DNA of 64,000 nucleotides from an uncultured Clostridium sp. (GTDB lineage: Bacteria > Bacillota > Clostridia > TANB77 > CAG-508). A program made the position numbers and the translations under genes. The stretch's first letter is position 1, and each line of letters begins with the position of its first letter. The stretch spans positions 9,990-73,989 of the forward strand of contig CAMLUO010000004.1 of the NCBI GenBank assembly GCA_946487895.1. The letters are read 5' to 3'. The notes below the pieces were generated by a model, which saw nothing but the letters and a program-made list of their open reading frames with translations, made no database searches and was not told where the DNA came from. This document shows positions 54,035 to 62,654 of this stretch, in pieces.

Positions 54035-55303
54035 ATGCAATATCAAGAAAAAGAAATAAAAAAAGGAATAGAATTCCATGAGCTTAATACAAATAAATTT
54101 AAAACAAATTTAGTGGCAGTATTTTTAACAACAGAACTAACAAGAAAAAATGTAACCAAAAATGCATTAATATCAACAATTTTAAGAAGAGGTTCTAAAA
54201 ACATGCCTTCACAAGAAGAAATAAGTAAACAAATGGAAGAAATGTATGGAGCAAGTTTTGATTGCGGACTAGATAAAATTGGAGATAATCAAGTTTTAAA
54301 ATTCTATATGGAAACAATAAATGATGATTTTATTCCACAACAAAAGGAAAAAATGTTGAAAACTACACTTGAAAAGATACTTGAAATAGTATTTAATCCA
54401 TATATTGAAAATGGAGAATTCAAAAAAGAATATGTAGAGCAAGAAAAAAATACTATAAAGCAAAGAATAGAAGGAAAAATAGATAACAAAGCAAGATATG
54501 CTTTAAATAGATGTATTGAAGAGATGTATAAAGATGAGCCATATGGATTATATAAATTCGGATATGTTGAAGATTTAGATGCAATAAATGGAAAAAATCT
54601 ATATGAATACTATCAAGAGTTAATTAAAAATTGTAAAATTGATATTCTTGTTTCTGGAATATTGCCAGATGATATTGAAGAAATCATCAGAGAAAATGAA
54701 AATATCAAAAATTTACAAGAAAGAGAACCAAGCTATGTAATGCCAAAATTGACAACTAAAAATGCAGAAAAAGAAAATGTAGTCACAGAATCAATGGATG
54801 TAACACAAGGAAAATTAGTTTTAGGATTAGATATTAAGTTAGAAAATGAGAAACAAAAATATGATGCATTATTATATAACAGTATTTTAGGTGGAACAGC
54901 GAATTCTAAAATGTTCCAAAATGTAAGAGAAAAAGCACATTTAGCATATGTTGCAAGTTCTAGTTATATAAGGCAAAAAAGCAATATATTTATAAACTGT
55001 GGAATAGAAATAAGCAACTATGAAAAAGCATTAGAAATTGTAAAAAAGCAAATTGATGACATGAAAAGAGGAGACTTTACAGAAGAAGATATAGAAAATG
55101 CTAAAAAAGGGATAATATCAACAATAGATTTAATTGATGATGAGCAAGATACAGGTATCACATATTATTTCGGACAAGAATTATCAAATAATAAAATAAG
55201 TCCAGAAGAATATAAAGAAATTGTACAAAAAGTTCAAAAAGATGATATTGTTAAAATAGCTAATTCAGTAAGTATAGATACAATTTACTTTTTAAAAGAC
55301 TAA
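54035..55303 (+). CDS. M16-family peptidase-like protein, non-catalytic subunit (no HxxEH)
   Basis: 422 aa, similar in size and layout to its neighbour and to insulinase-family pairs (YmfF/YmfH-like). No zinc-binding HxxEH seen. Confidence 0.75.
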   Translation: MQYQEKEIKKGIEFHELNTNKFKTNLVAVFLTTELTRKNVTKNALISTILRRGSKNMPSQEEISKQMEEMYGASFDCGLDKIGDNQVLKFYMETINDDFIPQQKEKMLKTTLEKILEIVFNPYIENGEFKKEYVEQEKNTIKQRIEGKIDNKARYALNRCIEEMYKDEPYGLYKFGYVEDLDAINGKNLYEYYQELIKNCKIDILVSGILPDDIEEIIRENENIKNLQEREPSYVMPKLTTKNAEKENVVTESMDVTQGKLVLGLDIKLENEKQKYDALLYNSILGGTANSKMFQNVREKAHLAYVASSSYIRQKSNIFINCGIEISNYEKALEIVKKQIDDMKRGDFTEEDIENAKKGIISTIDLIDDEQDTGITYYFGQELSNNKISPEEYKEIVQKVQKDDIVKIANSVSIDTIYFLKD

Positions 55304-55319
55304 AATAGGAGGGAAAAGT

Positions 55320-56603
55320 ATGCAACTTATAGAAAATTTAAAAGTTAAAGAAAGAGTATATAAAGAAAAACTAGAAAACGGATTAACAGTTATGATAATA
55401 CCAAAGCCAGGTATGAAAAAGAAATATATGATATGGGGAACACACTATGGCTCATTAGAAAATGAATTTGTAGTTCCTGGAGAAGAAAAATCAACAGTTG
55501 TGCCAAATGGAGTAGCACATTTTTTAGAGCATAAGATGTTCGAACAAGAAAATGGTACAAATAGCTTGGATGTATTAACAGCTTTAGGAGTGGATGCTAA
55601 TGCATATACAACAAATGACCATACAGCATATTTATTTGAATGTACAGATAATTTCTATGAAGCAATGGATGAATTAATGGATTATGTTCAACACCCATAT
55701 TTTACAGACGAAAACGTAGAAAAGGAAAAAGGGATAATCGGACAAGAAATTGGAATGTATGACGATTCTCCTGAATGGAAAGTCTATTTAAATGCAATGA
55801 ATGCGATGTACCATGAGTGCCCAGTAAAAATAGATATAGTTGGAACGATTGAAACAATAAGCAAAATAGATAAAGAGATTTTATATAAATGTTATAACAC
55901 ATTTTATAACCCATCAAACATGGTAATGGTTATATGCGGAGATTTTAAACCAGAAGAAATGCTAGAAGAAGTAAAAAAGAGATTAATTGACAAAAAAGCA
56001 AATGGAGAAATAAAAAGAATATATCCAGAAGAGCCAGAAACAATAGTACAAGAAAAAATAGAGCAAAAATTAGAAGTAAGCCAACCACTTTATACAATAG
56101 GAATAAAAGACACAATTCAAAATAATTGTAATCAAAATAAATCTGATTTAGTTAAAAAACATATAGCAATTGAAATATTGTTAAATTTAATAATGGGAAG
56201 AAGTTCAAGATTATTCCAAAAATTATATAAAGACGGAATCATCTATGCTCAACCGGGATTAAGTTATGAATTTACAAATATTTATGCACATGTTTTAATT
56301 GATGGGCAATCAAGTAATCCAGAAGTGGTTTATGATGAGTTTAAAAAAGAAGTTAAAAATTTAAGAGAAAATGGAATAAATGAACAGGATTTTGAGAGAA
56401 CTAGAAAAATGATTTATGGTGGATATGTTAAGGAATATAATGATGTGACTGACATTTCTAGAATTTTTTTAGCAGATTTCTTTAAAGGTATTAATAGCTT
56501 TGATTATTTAGATGAAATTGAAGGTGTTTCAAAAGAGTATACTGAACAAGTTTTGAGACAAGTTTTTAGAGAGGATAAGATGGTTCTTTCAGTTGTTGGC
56601 TAG
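55320..56603 (+). CDS. M16-family (insulinase/pitrilysin-like) zinc peptidase, catalytic subunit
   Basis: Inverted zinc motif GVAHFLEHKMF (HxxEH) followed by NAYT..D.T.Y. Confidence 0.85.
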   Translation: MQLIENLKVKERVYKEKLENGLTVMIIPKPGMKKKYMIWGTHYGSLENEFVVPGEEKSTVVPNGVAHFLEHKMFEQENGTNSLDVLTALGVDANAYTTNDHTAYLFECTDNFYEAMDELMDYVQHPYFTDENVEKEKGIIGQEIGMYDDSPEWKVYLNAMNAMYHECPVKIDIVGTIETISKIDKEILYKCYNTFYNPSNMVMVICGDFKPEEMLEEVKKRLIDKKANGEIKRIYPEEPETIVQEKIEQKLEVSQPLYTIGIKDTIQNNCNQNKSDLVKKHIAIEILLNLIMGRSSRLFQKLYKDGIIYAQPGLSYEFTNIYAHVLIDGQSSNPEVVYDEFKKEVKNLRENGINEQDFERTRKMIYGGYVKEYNDVTDISRIFLADFFKGINSFDYLDEIEGVSKEYTEQVLRQVFREDKMVLSVVG

Positions 56604-56683
56604 CGTAAGGTGTGGATTAAAGTGGCAAAAATTGAAAATTATAGTTAAAAAATTTTAAAAAATGAGTAAGAAAAAAATGTTGA

Positions 56684-56724
56684 AAAAACGGTAGTAAATT
56701 CTAAATAGGATTTTTACCGTTTTT
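56684..56724 (+). terminator. Rho-independent terminator after the M16 pair
   Basis: A-tract + stem acggta...taccgt (extended by an inner stem aaattct/aggattt) + T-run. Confidence 0.7.
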
Positions 56725-56865
56725 ATATGTTGTAAAATGTCGAAAATTATAAAAACTCGTCGTACGAAAGTTGCCAAAAACCATTGAAAATACTTGACTT
56801 GAGACAAATAATGTGGTAATTTATAAATATACGGAAGATAAATTAAAGAAAAGGAGAGATGATGT

Positions 56866-57030
56866 ATGTTAGATGATGAAATTTGTAAATTAAGAGATAA
56901 ATTGAATAAAAGTATAGAGAATGGAGAAGATTATAGTGTAATTTATCAATTGAGCATAGAATTGGACGAGCTTATAGCAGAATACTATGCTAAAAATAAT
57001 AAAAAAAAACTGCTATGGGCGGTAACATAG
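56866..57030 (+). CDS. Spo0E-family aspartyl-phosphate phosphatase-like protein (54 aa, absent from the ORF track)
   Basis: Own translation: MLDDEICKLRDKLNKSIENGEDYSVIYQLSIELDELIAEYYAKNNKKKLLWAVT. The block S.ELD.LI..YY and the N-terminal I..LR..L match the Spo0E family. SD aaggagag upstream. Confidence 0.7.
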   Translation: MLDDEICKLRDKLNKSIENGEDYSVIYQLSIELDELIAEYYAKNNKKKLLWAVT

Positions 57031-57045
57031 AAAAAGTAAATTGAG

Positions 57046-57077
57046 AACTCTTAAACTAAATAGTTTGAGAGTTTTTT
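57046..57077 (+). terminator. Rho-independent terminator
   Basis: 13-bp stem aactcttaaacta / tagtttgagagtt (one G-U), 2-nt loop, T6 run. Confidence 0.75.
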
Positions 57078-57115
57078 GGTGTGTACCTACTATCTATTTA
57101 GGGGGGGTTACCCAC

Positions 57116-57144
57116 TTGCTTTTTTTCCAAAATTATTATATAAT
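57116..57144 (+). promoter_or_regulatory. Candidate promoter (TTGCTT-N17-TATAAT) for the helicase gene
   Basis: TTGCTT 57116-57121, TATAAT 57139-57144. Confidence 0.5.
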
Positions 57145-57182
57145 CTTTAGTCGAGAAAATATTAAATAATAGGTGAGAGATT

Positions 57183-60100
57183 ATGATAGTAAGCCAACAA
57201 ATATTAGACAGTTTGTGTCAAGATGCTGGAGACAAAAGAACACAAAAAGCAAGAATGTATAAATCATTAGGAAGAGTTGAAATAATAGAAGTAGAATATC
57301 AAGACAGTAATAATTTTGCTATAAGAGGAAGGGTAGTAGGCTCTGAACCATATAAAACATATATATCAGTAAGAAATGGAGAAATAGATGATATTACTTG
57401 TAATTGTCAAGACTATTATAATCACTACGGAGTTTGCAAACACACATTAGCATCTGTCATGACATTTGCAGAAGACGAGAATTACAGAAAAAAATATGAA
57501 AAGCCAGAAAAACTAAATACAAGTAATAATATGCAATACAGAAATTTTAGACAAATGGTAAACACATTTTATAACGAAGAAATAGATGGAATTGATAGTG
57601 ATGATGAAGAATTAAAAAATAAAGGAACAATACATTTAGAGCCAAAAGTAATTTATGATAAATTTTTAGGAGATATGAAAGTAGAATTCAAAATTGGAAA
57701 CAAAAGAATGTATAAAATAAAAAATCTATCAGAATTTTATACAAGAATGATGGAAAAAGAATTCTATAAATATGGAGAAAAACTACAATTTGTACACACT
57801 AGAGAGATGTTTGATGAAGAAAGTCAAAAACTACTTGAATTTTTATTAAAATATGCAGAAATTATAAAATATGCTAACTCAAATTCAAATAGCAATTATC
57901 GTTATTATGGAAAAGCACTAAGTGAAACAAGCATTTTGCTAGGAAATAGTGGAATAGATGACTTATTTGAAATATTACAAGGAAAACAAGTAGAATTTCA
58001 AAAAGACTATTTAAGTGAAAAAATCGAATTTGCAACTGAAGACCCAAAAATATCTTTTACATTAAAAAAGAAATCAGATAATCAATATGTAATTTTGCCA
58101 AATGTAGAAATATTTAATGTTAGTATTTTGAAAGGAAAAGAATACAAATATATTTTAGATAGCAAAAAAATATATAGATGTAGTAAAGAATTTGAAAATG
58201 CTAATTTAAAACTATTAGAATTTTTTAGACAAAATTATATGACAGAAATAGTTTTAGGAAAAGAAGAATTGACACAGCTATTTTCAATAATAATGCCAAA
58301 AGTAAAAGCAGCAATAAAAATCGAAAATATATCAGAAGAAGAAATCGAAAAATACAAGCCAAAAGAATTAGTGGTAAAAGTATATTTAGATTTTGATGAA
58401 CAAGACTATTTAGTTGCAGATGTACTATTTTGTTATGAAAATAATGAATTTAATCCATTAGATGAGAAACAAGAACTAAAATTTCCAAGAAACATGATTC
58501 AAGAAACAAAAGCATTAAATATATTTAGAAAAACAGGATTTATGCTAGATACAAAGAATTTAAGATTTATATTGCCTGATAATGACAAAATCTATGAATT
58601 TCTAACAGAAGATATAAATGTATATATGAAAAGATTTGAAGTTTTAGCAACAGAAAAATTCAAAATGAAACAAATTAGGCAAGCTAAAATTGGTAATATT
58701 GGAGTAAAAGTAGAAAATAATTTATTATCAATAGATTTAAATGATTTAGACATAGATATAAAAGAATTACAAAAGATAATGGAAAAATATCAATTAAAAA
58801 AGAAATATCATAGATTAAAAGATGGAAGTTTTTTAGAACTAGAAGATAATAAAGAGATTGACTTTTTAGACAAACTTGTTACTGGAATGGATATAGATTA
58901 TAAAGAACTAGAAAAAGGAGAAGTGGTTTTACCTGCTTATAGAAGCTTATATCTAAACCAATTATTAAAAAGCAAAAAAGGTATACAAGTAACAAAAAAT
59001 AGTGAATATAGAGAAATAGTAAATAATTTAGATAAAGACCATTTAGAAGATGAAATCCAAATACCAGAAAATTTAAATAATGTTTTAAGATATTATCAAA
59101 AAACAGGATTTAAATGGTTAAAAATTTTGGATTCATATAAATTTGGTGGAATACTTGCAGATGACATGGGACTTGGAAAAACTATTCAAATGTTATCAGT
59201 AATTGTTGACTATGTAGAAAAAGCTAAAAACCATGAAGAAAATGAAAGAGCAAGTTTAGTAGTTTCACCAAGTTCACTAACATTAAACTGGCAAAATGAA
59301 GCAAATAAATTTGCAAAAGATTTAAAAATATTAGTAATCAGGGGAACTTTATCAGAAAGAAAAAGACAAATAAAAGAAATAGAAAACTATGATTTAGTAA
59401 TTACATCATATGACCTATTAAAAAGAGATATAGACTTATATAAAGATAAGAAATATCAATTTAGATATATAATAGCAGATGAAGCACAATATTTAAAAAA
59501 TAGTAATACACAAAATGCAAAAGCAATAAAACAAATAAAAGCAGACACAAGATATGCATTAACAGGAACACCAATAGAAAACTCATTAGCAGAATTATGG
59601 TCAATATTTGACTTCATCATGCCAGGATATTTATTTACATATAAGCAATTCAAAACAATGTATGAAGTACCAATAGTAAAAGATAATGATGAAAAAGCAA
59701 TGGCAAAATTAAAAATGCTAATAGAACCATTTGTACTAAGAAGAAATAAAAAAGAAGTATTGACAGAATTGCCAGATAAAACAATAACAGTGTTGAATAA
59801 TGAAATGGAAGAAGAACAAAGAAGTATCTATCTAACTTATTTGGCACAAGCAAAACAAGACTTATTCCAAGAAATAGAACTAAATGGATATGAAAAAAGT
59901 CATATGCAAATATTAGCAGTACTAACAAGACTAAGACAAATATGTTGCCATCCAAGCTTATTTATAAAAGACTATAAAGAAGGAAGCGGAAAACTAAATC
60001 AATGTATGGAAATAGTACAAGATGCAATAGAAGGTGGACACAAAATATTACTATTTTCAGGATATACATCAATGTTTCCAATAATAGAAGAAGAATTAAA

Positions 60101-60497
60101 AAAGAAAAATATTGAGTATTATAAACTAACAGGAAGCACAAAAGTAGATGAAAGAATTAGAATGGTGGATGAATTTAATAGTAATCCAGATATAAAAATA
60201 TTCTTGATATCATTAAAAGCAGGAGGAACAGGTTTAAACCTAACAGGTGCAGATATGGTAATACATTATGACCCATGGTGGAATATATCAACAGAAAATC
60301 AAGCAACAGACAGAGCCTATAGAATTGGACAAAAAAATAATGTGCAAGTATATAAACTGATAACAAAAAATTCGATTGAAGAAAAGATATACGAATTACA
60401 ACAAAAGAAATCAGAATTAGTAGATAATATGCTAAGCACAAAAACATCATTTATAAACAAATTATCAAGAGAAGAAATAATGAATTTGTTTAATTAA
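57183..60497 (+). CDS. SNF2-family helicase with N-terminal SWIM zinc finger (YwqA/RapA-like)
   Basis: SWIM CNCQDYYNHYGVCKHTLA. Helicase motifs ILADDMGLGKT, DEAQYLKN, LTGTPIEN, then C-terminal SLKAGGTGLNLTGAD and QATDRAYRIGQ. Confidence 0.92.
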   Translation: MIVSQQILDSLCQDAGDKRTQKARMYKSLGRVEIIEVEYQDSNNFAIRGRVVGSEPYKTYISVRNGEIDDITCNCQDYYNHYGVCKHTLASVMTFAEDENYRKKYEKPEKLNTSNNMQYRNFRQMVNTFYNEEIDGIDSDDEELKNKGTIHLEPKVIYDKFLGDMKVEFKIGNKRMYKIKNLSEFYTRMMEKEFYKYGEKLQFVHTREMFDEESQKLLEFLLKYAEIIKYANSNSNSNYRYYGKALSETSILLGNSGIDDLFEILQGKQVEFQKDYLSEKIEFATEDPKISFTLKKKSDNQYVILPNVEIFNVSILKGKEYKYILDSKKIYRCSKEFENANLKLLEFFRQNYMTEIVLGKEELTQLFSIIMPKVKAAIKIENISEEEIEKYKPKELVVKVYLDFDEQDYLVADVLFCYENNEFNPLDEKQELKFPRNMIQETKALNIFRKTGFMLDTKNLRFILPDNDKIYEFLTEDINVYMKRFEVLATEKFKMKQIRQAKIGNIGVKVENNLLSIDLNDLDIDIKELQKIMEKYQLKKKYHRLKDGSFLELEDNKEIDFLDKLVTGMDIDYKELEKGEVVLPAYRSLYLNQLLKSKKGIQVTKNSEYREIVNNLDKDHLEDEIQIPENLNNVLRYYQKTGFKWLKILDSYKFGGILADDMGLGKTIQMLSVIVDYVEKAKNHEENERASLVVSPSSLTLNWQNEANKFAKDLKILVIRGTLSERKRQIKEIENYDLVITSYDLLKRDIDLYKDKKYQFRYIIADEAQYLKNSNTQNAKAIKQIKADTRYALTGTPIENSLAELWSIFDFIMPGYLFTYKQFKTMYEVPIVKDNDEKAMAKLKMLIEPFVLRRNKKEVLTELPDKTITVLNNEMEEEQRSIYLTYLAQAKQDLFQEIELNGYEKSHMQILAVLTRLRQICCHPSLFIKDYKEGSGKLNQCMEIVQDAIEGGHKILLFSGYTSMFPIIEEELKKKNIEYYKLTGSTKVDERIRMVDEFNSNPDIKIFLISLKAGGTGLNLTGADMVIHYDPWWNISTENQATDRAYRIGQKNNVQVYKLITKNSIEEKIYELQQKKSELVDNMLSTKTSFINKLSREEIMNLFN

Positions 60498-60498
60498 T

Positions 60499-60570
60499 TT
60501 TGGTCATTGTGGTCACTTTGGGGACAGGTTCGGAGTGACCATTTTTGGTTAGTTTGGGGACGCCACTTTT
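60499..60570 (+). repeat. GGGAC-pair repeat R5 after the helicase gene
   Basis: ttggtcattgtggtcactttggggacaggttcggagtgaccatttttggttagtttggggacgccac. Same unit-spacer-unit structure as R3. Hairpin tggtcac/gtgacca. Begins 2 nt after the stop. Confidence 0.8.
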
Positions 60571-60596
60571 TAAAGTTGTTTTTATGGAACTAGGTA

Positions 60597-60625
60597 TTGT
60601 AATGAAAGTTAGTTTTTGATATAAT
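60597..60625 (+). promoter_or_regulatory. Promoter with extended -10 (TTGTAA-N17 incl. TGa-TATAAT)
   Basis: TTGTAA 60597-60602, TG 60617-60618, TATAAT 60620-60625. Confidence 0.55.
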
Positions 60626-60645
60626 TTTTTAAAGGTGTGGTTGTG

Positions 60646-61056
60646 ATGAGAAAAAATGGATATCAAAAATTTGAAGAAGGAGAAATTTTAAAAAGAGCTA
60701 AAGAATTACATTTGAATTTAATTGATAGTATAGATAGTTATAATAAAATGCCAAAAGAAGATTTAGAGAAAAGGATAGAAGCACTAAAAAAGGTTATACA
60801 ATGTTTTGAAGATTTAATGGAAGAAGCGATTTATGTAGATGAGAATGCTTATGCTAAATTTAAAGATAAACTAAACTATTTAGAATTTAGAAAAGACTAT
60901 ATTAAAAAGTATGGACTAGAAGAATATGATATTAAGGAAGTTAGGAGAGAAGCGGAAGAGAGAAAAAAGAAAGATGAACAAATGATGAAAGAAAATCATG
61001 CAGAAATAGCTAAAAGGCATCAAAATAATAGAGGAGAAAATGGAGAAGAAAGATGA
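60646..61056 (+). CDS. Hypothetical K/E-rich coiled-coil protein
   Basis: Start set to ATG 60646 (SD aaaggtg 8 nt upstream). Its stop overlaps the trmFO ATG (ATGA). No family recognised. Confidence 0.55.
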   Translation: MRKNGYQKFEEGEILKRAKELHLNLIDSIDSYNKMPKEDLEKRIEALKKVIQCFEDLMEEAIYVDENAYAKFKDKLNYLEFRKDYIKKYGLEEYDIKEVRREAEERKKKDEQMMKENHAEIAKRHQNNRGENGEER

Positions 61057-62453
61057 AGGAGTATATCACAATAATAGGTGGAGGATTAGCTGGATGTGAG
61101 GCAGCATACCAAGTTGCAAAAAGAGGAATAAAAGTAAAACTTTATGAAATGAAACCTAAAAAATTTTCACCTGCACATAGTAATAAAGATTTAGCTGAAA
61201 TAGTTTGTAGTAATTCTTTTAAATCTAATTTATTAACAAATGCGTGCGGATTATTAAAAGAAGAATTGAGAAGATTAGATTCTCTATTGATAAAAATTGC
61301 AGATGAAACGGGTGTGCCAGCAGGACAAGCCTTAGCAGTGGATAGAGAAGAATTTTCTCATAAAGTTACTGAGACAATAAAAAATAATGAATTAATCGAA
61401 ATTATAAATGAAGAAGTAACAGATATTGAAGATATAGCTGAAGAAGGAATTGTTATAATTGCAACAGGTCCATTAACATCTGATGGACTAGCAAAACAAA
61501 TTCAAGAAATAACTGGACAAGACAAGTTGTATTTTTATGATGCAGCAGCTCCAATAGTTTCAAAAGATAGTATTGATTTTGATATAGCATTTTACGGAGA
61601 TAGATATAACCAAGAAAAAAAGAAAGAAGAACCAGTTGAGCAGTGGAAGAAAAGAATAGAAAAACAAGAAAGAGAAGAGCAGAGTTATATTAATTTGCCA
61701 ATGTCAAAAGAAGAGTATGAAAGATTTTGGCAAGAACTTGTAAATGCAGAAGTAGTGACATTACATGAATTTGAAAAAAGAGAAATATTTGAAGGATGTA
61801 TGCCAATAGAAATCATGGCAAAAAGAGGAATAGATACATTGAGATTTGGACCATTAAAACCGGTAGGATTTGATGATCCAAGAACTGCAAAAAGACCATA
61901 TGCTTTAGTACAACTAAGACAAGATGATAAACAAGCAAGTATATATAATCTAGTAGGATTTCAAACAAATTTGAAATATGGAGAGCAAAAAAGAGTATTT
62001 AGCATGATACCTGGATTAGAAAACGCAGAATTTGTTAAATATGGTGTAATGCACAGAAACACATATATAAATTCAAGTAAATTATTAGATGAAACATATA
62101 ATTTAAAAACTAATAAAAATATATATTTTGCAGGACAAATAACAGGAGTAGAGGGATATGTTGAATCAATTTCGTCTGGTTTAGTTGCAGGAATAAATGC
62201 AGTTAGCAGATGGCAAGATTTTGGAAAACGAGGATTTGGGGACGGAGAAAAAAATCATGACATAGTTTTTTCAGAATTTACAGTAATAGGAGCTTTAGCT
62301 AAATACATTTCTACATCTAATGAAAAATTTCAACCAATGAATGCAAATTTTGGAATATTACCAGAATTAGAAGGCAAGAAGATAAGAGATAAAAAAGAAA
62401 GGTATATGAAATTAGCAGAAAGAAGTTTAGAAAATTTGAATACAAATATTTAG
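61053..62453 (+). CDS. trmFO: Methylenetetrahydrofolate--tRNA-(uracil54-C5)-methyltransferase TrmFO (Gid)
   Basis: FAD-binding IIGGGLAGCEAAYQ, SNSFKS, ATGPLTS, GQITGVEGYVES motifs. Two lineage-specific insertions noted in findings. Confidence 0.92.
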   Translation: MKEYITIIGGGLAGCEAAYQVAKRGIKVKLYEMKPKKFSPAHSNKDLAEIVCSNSFKSNLLTNACGLLKEELRRLDSLLIKIADETGVPAGQALAVDREEFSHKVTETIKNNELIEIINEEVTDIEDIAEEGIVIIATGPLTSDGLAKQIQEITGQDKLYFYDAAAPIVSKDSIDFDIAFYGDRYNQEKKKEEPVEQWKKRIEKQEREEQSYINLPMSKEEYERFWQELVNAEVVTLHEFEKREIFEGCMPIEIMAKRGIDTLRFGPLKPVGFDDPRTAKRPYALVQLRQDDKQASIYNLVGFQTNLKYGEQKRVFSMIPGLENAEFVKYGVMHRNTYINSSKLLDETYNLKTNKNIYFAGQITGVEGYVESISSGLVAGINAVSRWQDFGKRGFGDGEKNHDIVFSEFTVIGALAKYISTSNEKFQPMNANFGILPELEGKKIRDKKERYMKLAERSLENLNTNI

Positions 62454-62462
62454 ATTAATTAA

Positions 62463-62488
62463 GTGGTACTAAATAGGTGCCATTTTTT
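62463..62488 (+). terminator. Weak terminator-like hairpin after trmFO
   Basis: Stem gtggtac / gtgccat (two G-U pairs), loop taaatag, T6 run. Confidence 0.4.
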
Positions 62489-62570
62489 GTTATATTACAA
62501 GTAGAAATATTACAAATGTTACTAAAATGTGACATTTTGATTAAAAATAGCAAAAATTTACATAATTCTA

Positions 62571-62599
62571 TTGCGAGAATTATGTTTTTTTGTTATAAT
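62571..62599 (+). promoter_or_regulatory. Promoter with extended -10 (TTGCGA-N17 incl. TGt-TATAAT), -35 embedded in a 9-bp inverted repeat
   Basis: TTGCGA 62571-62576, TG 62591-62592, TATAAT 62594-62599. Inverted repeat cataattct (62561-62569) / agaattatg (62576-62584). Confidence 0.55.
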
Positions 62600-62654
62600 T
62601 ATATATAAGTGATATTTTAATGAGAATATTTGTATATTCTGAAAGGGGTAAAAA

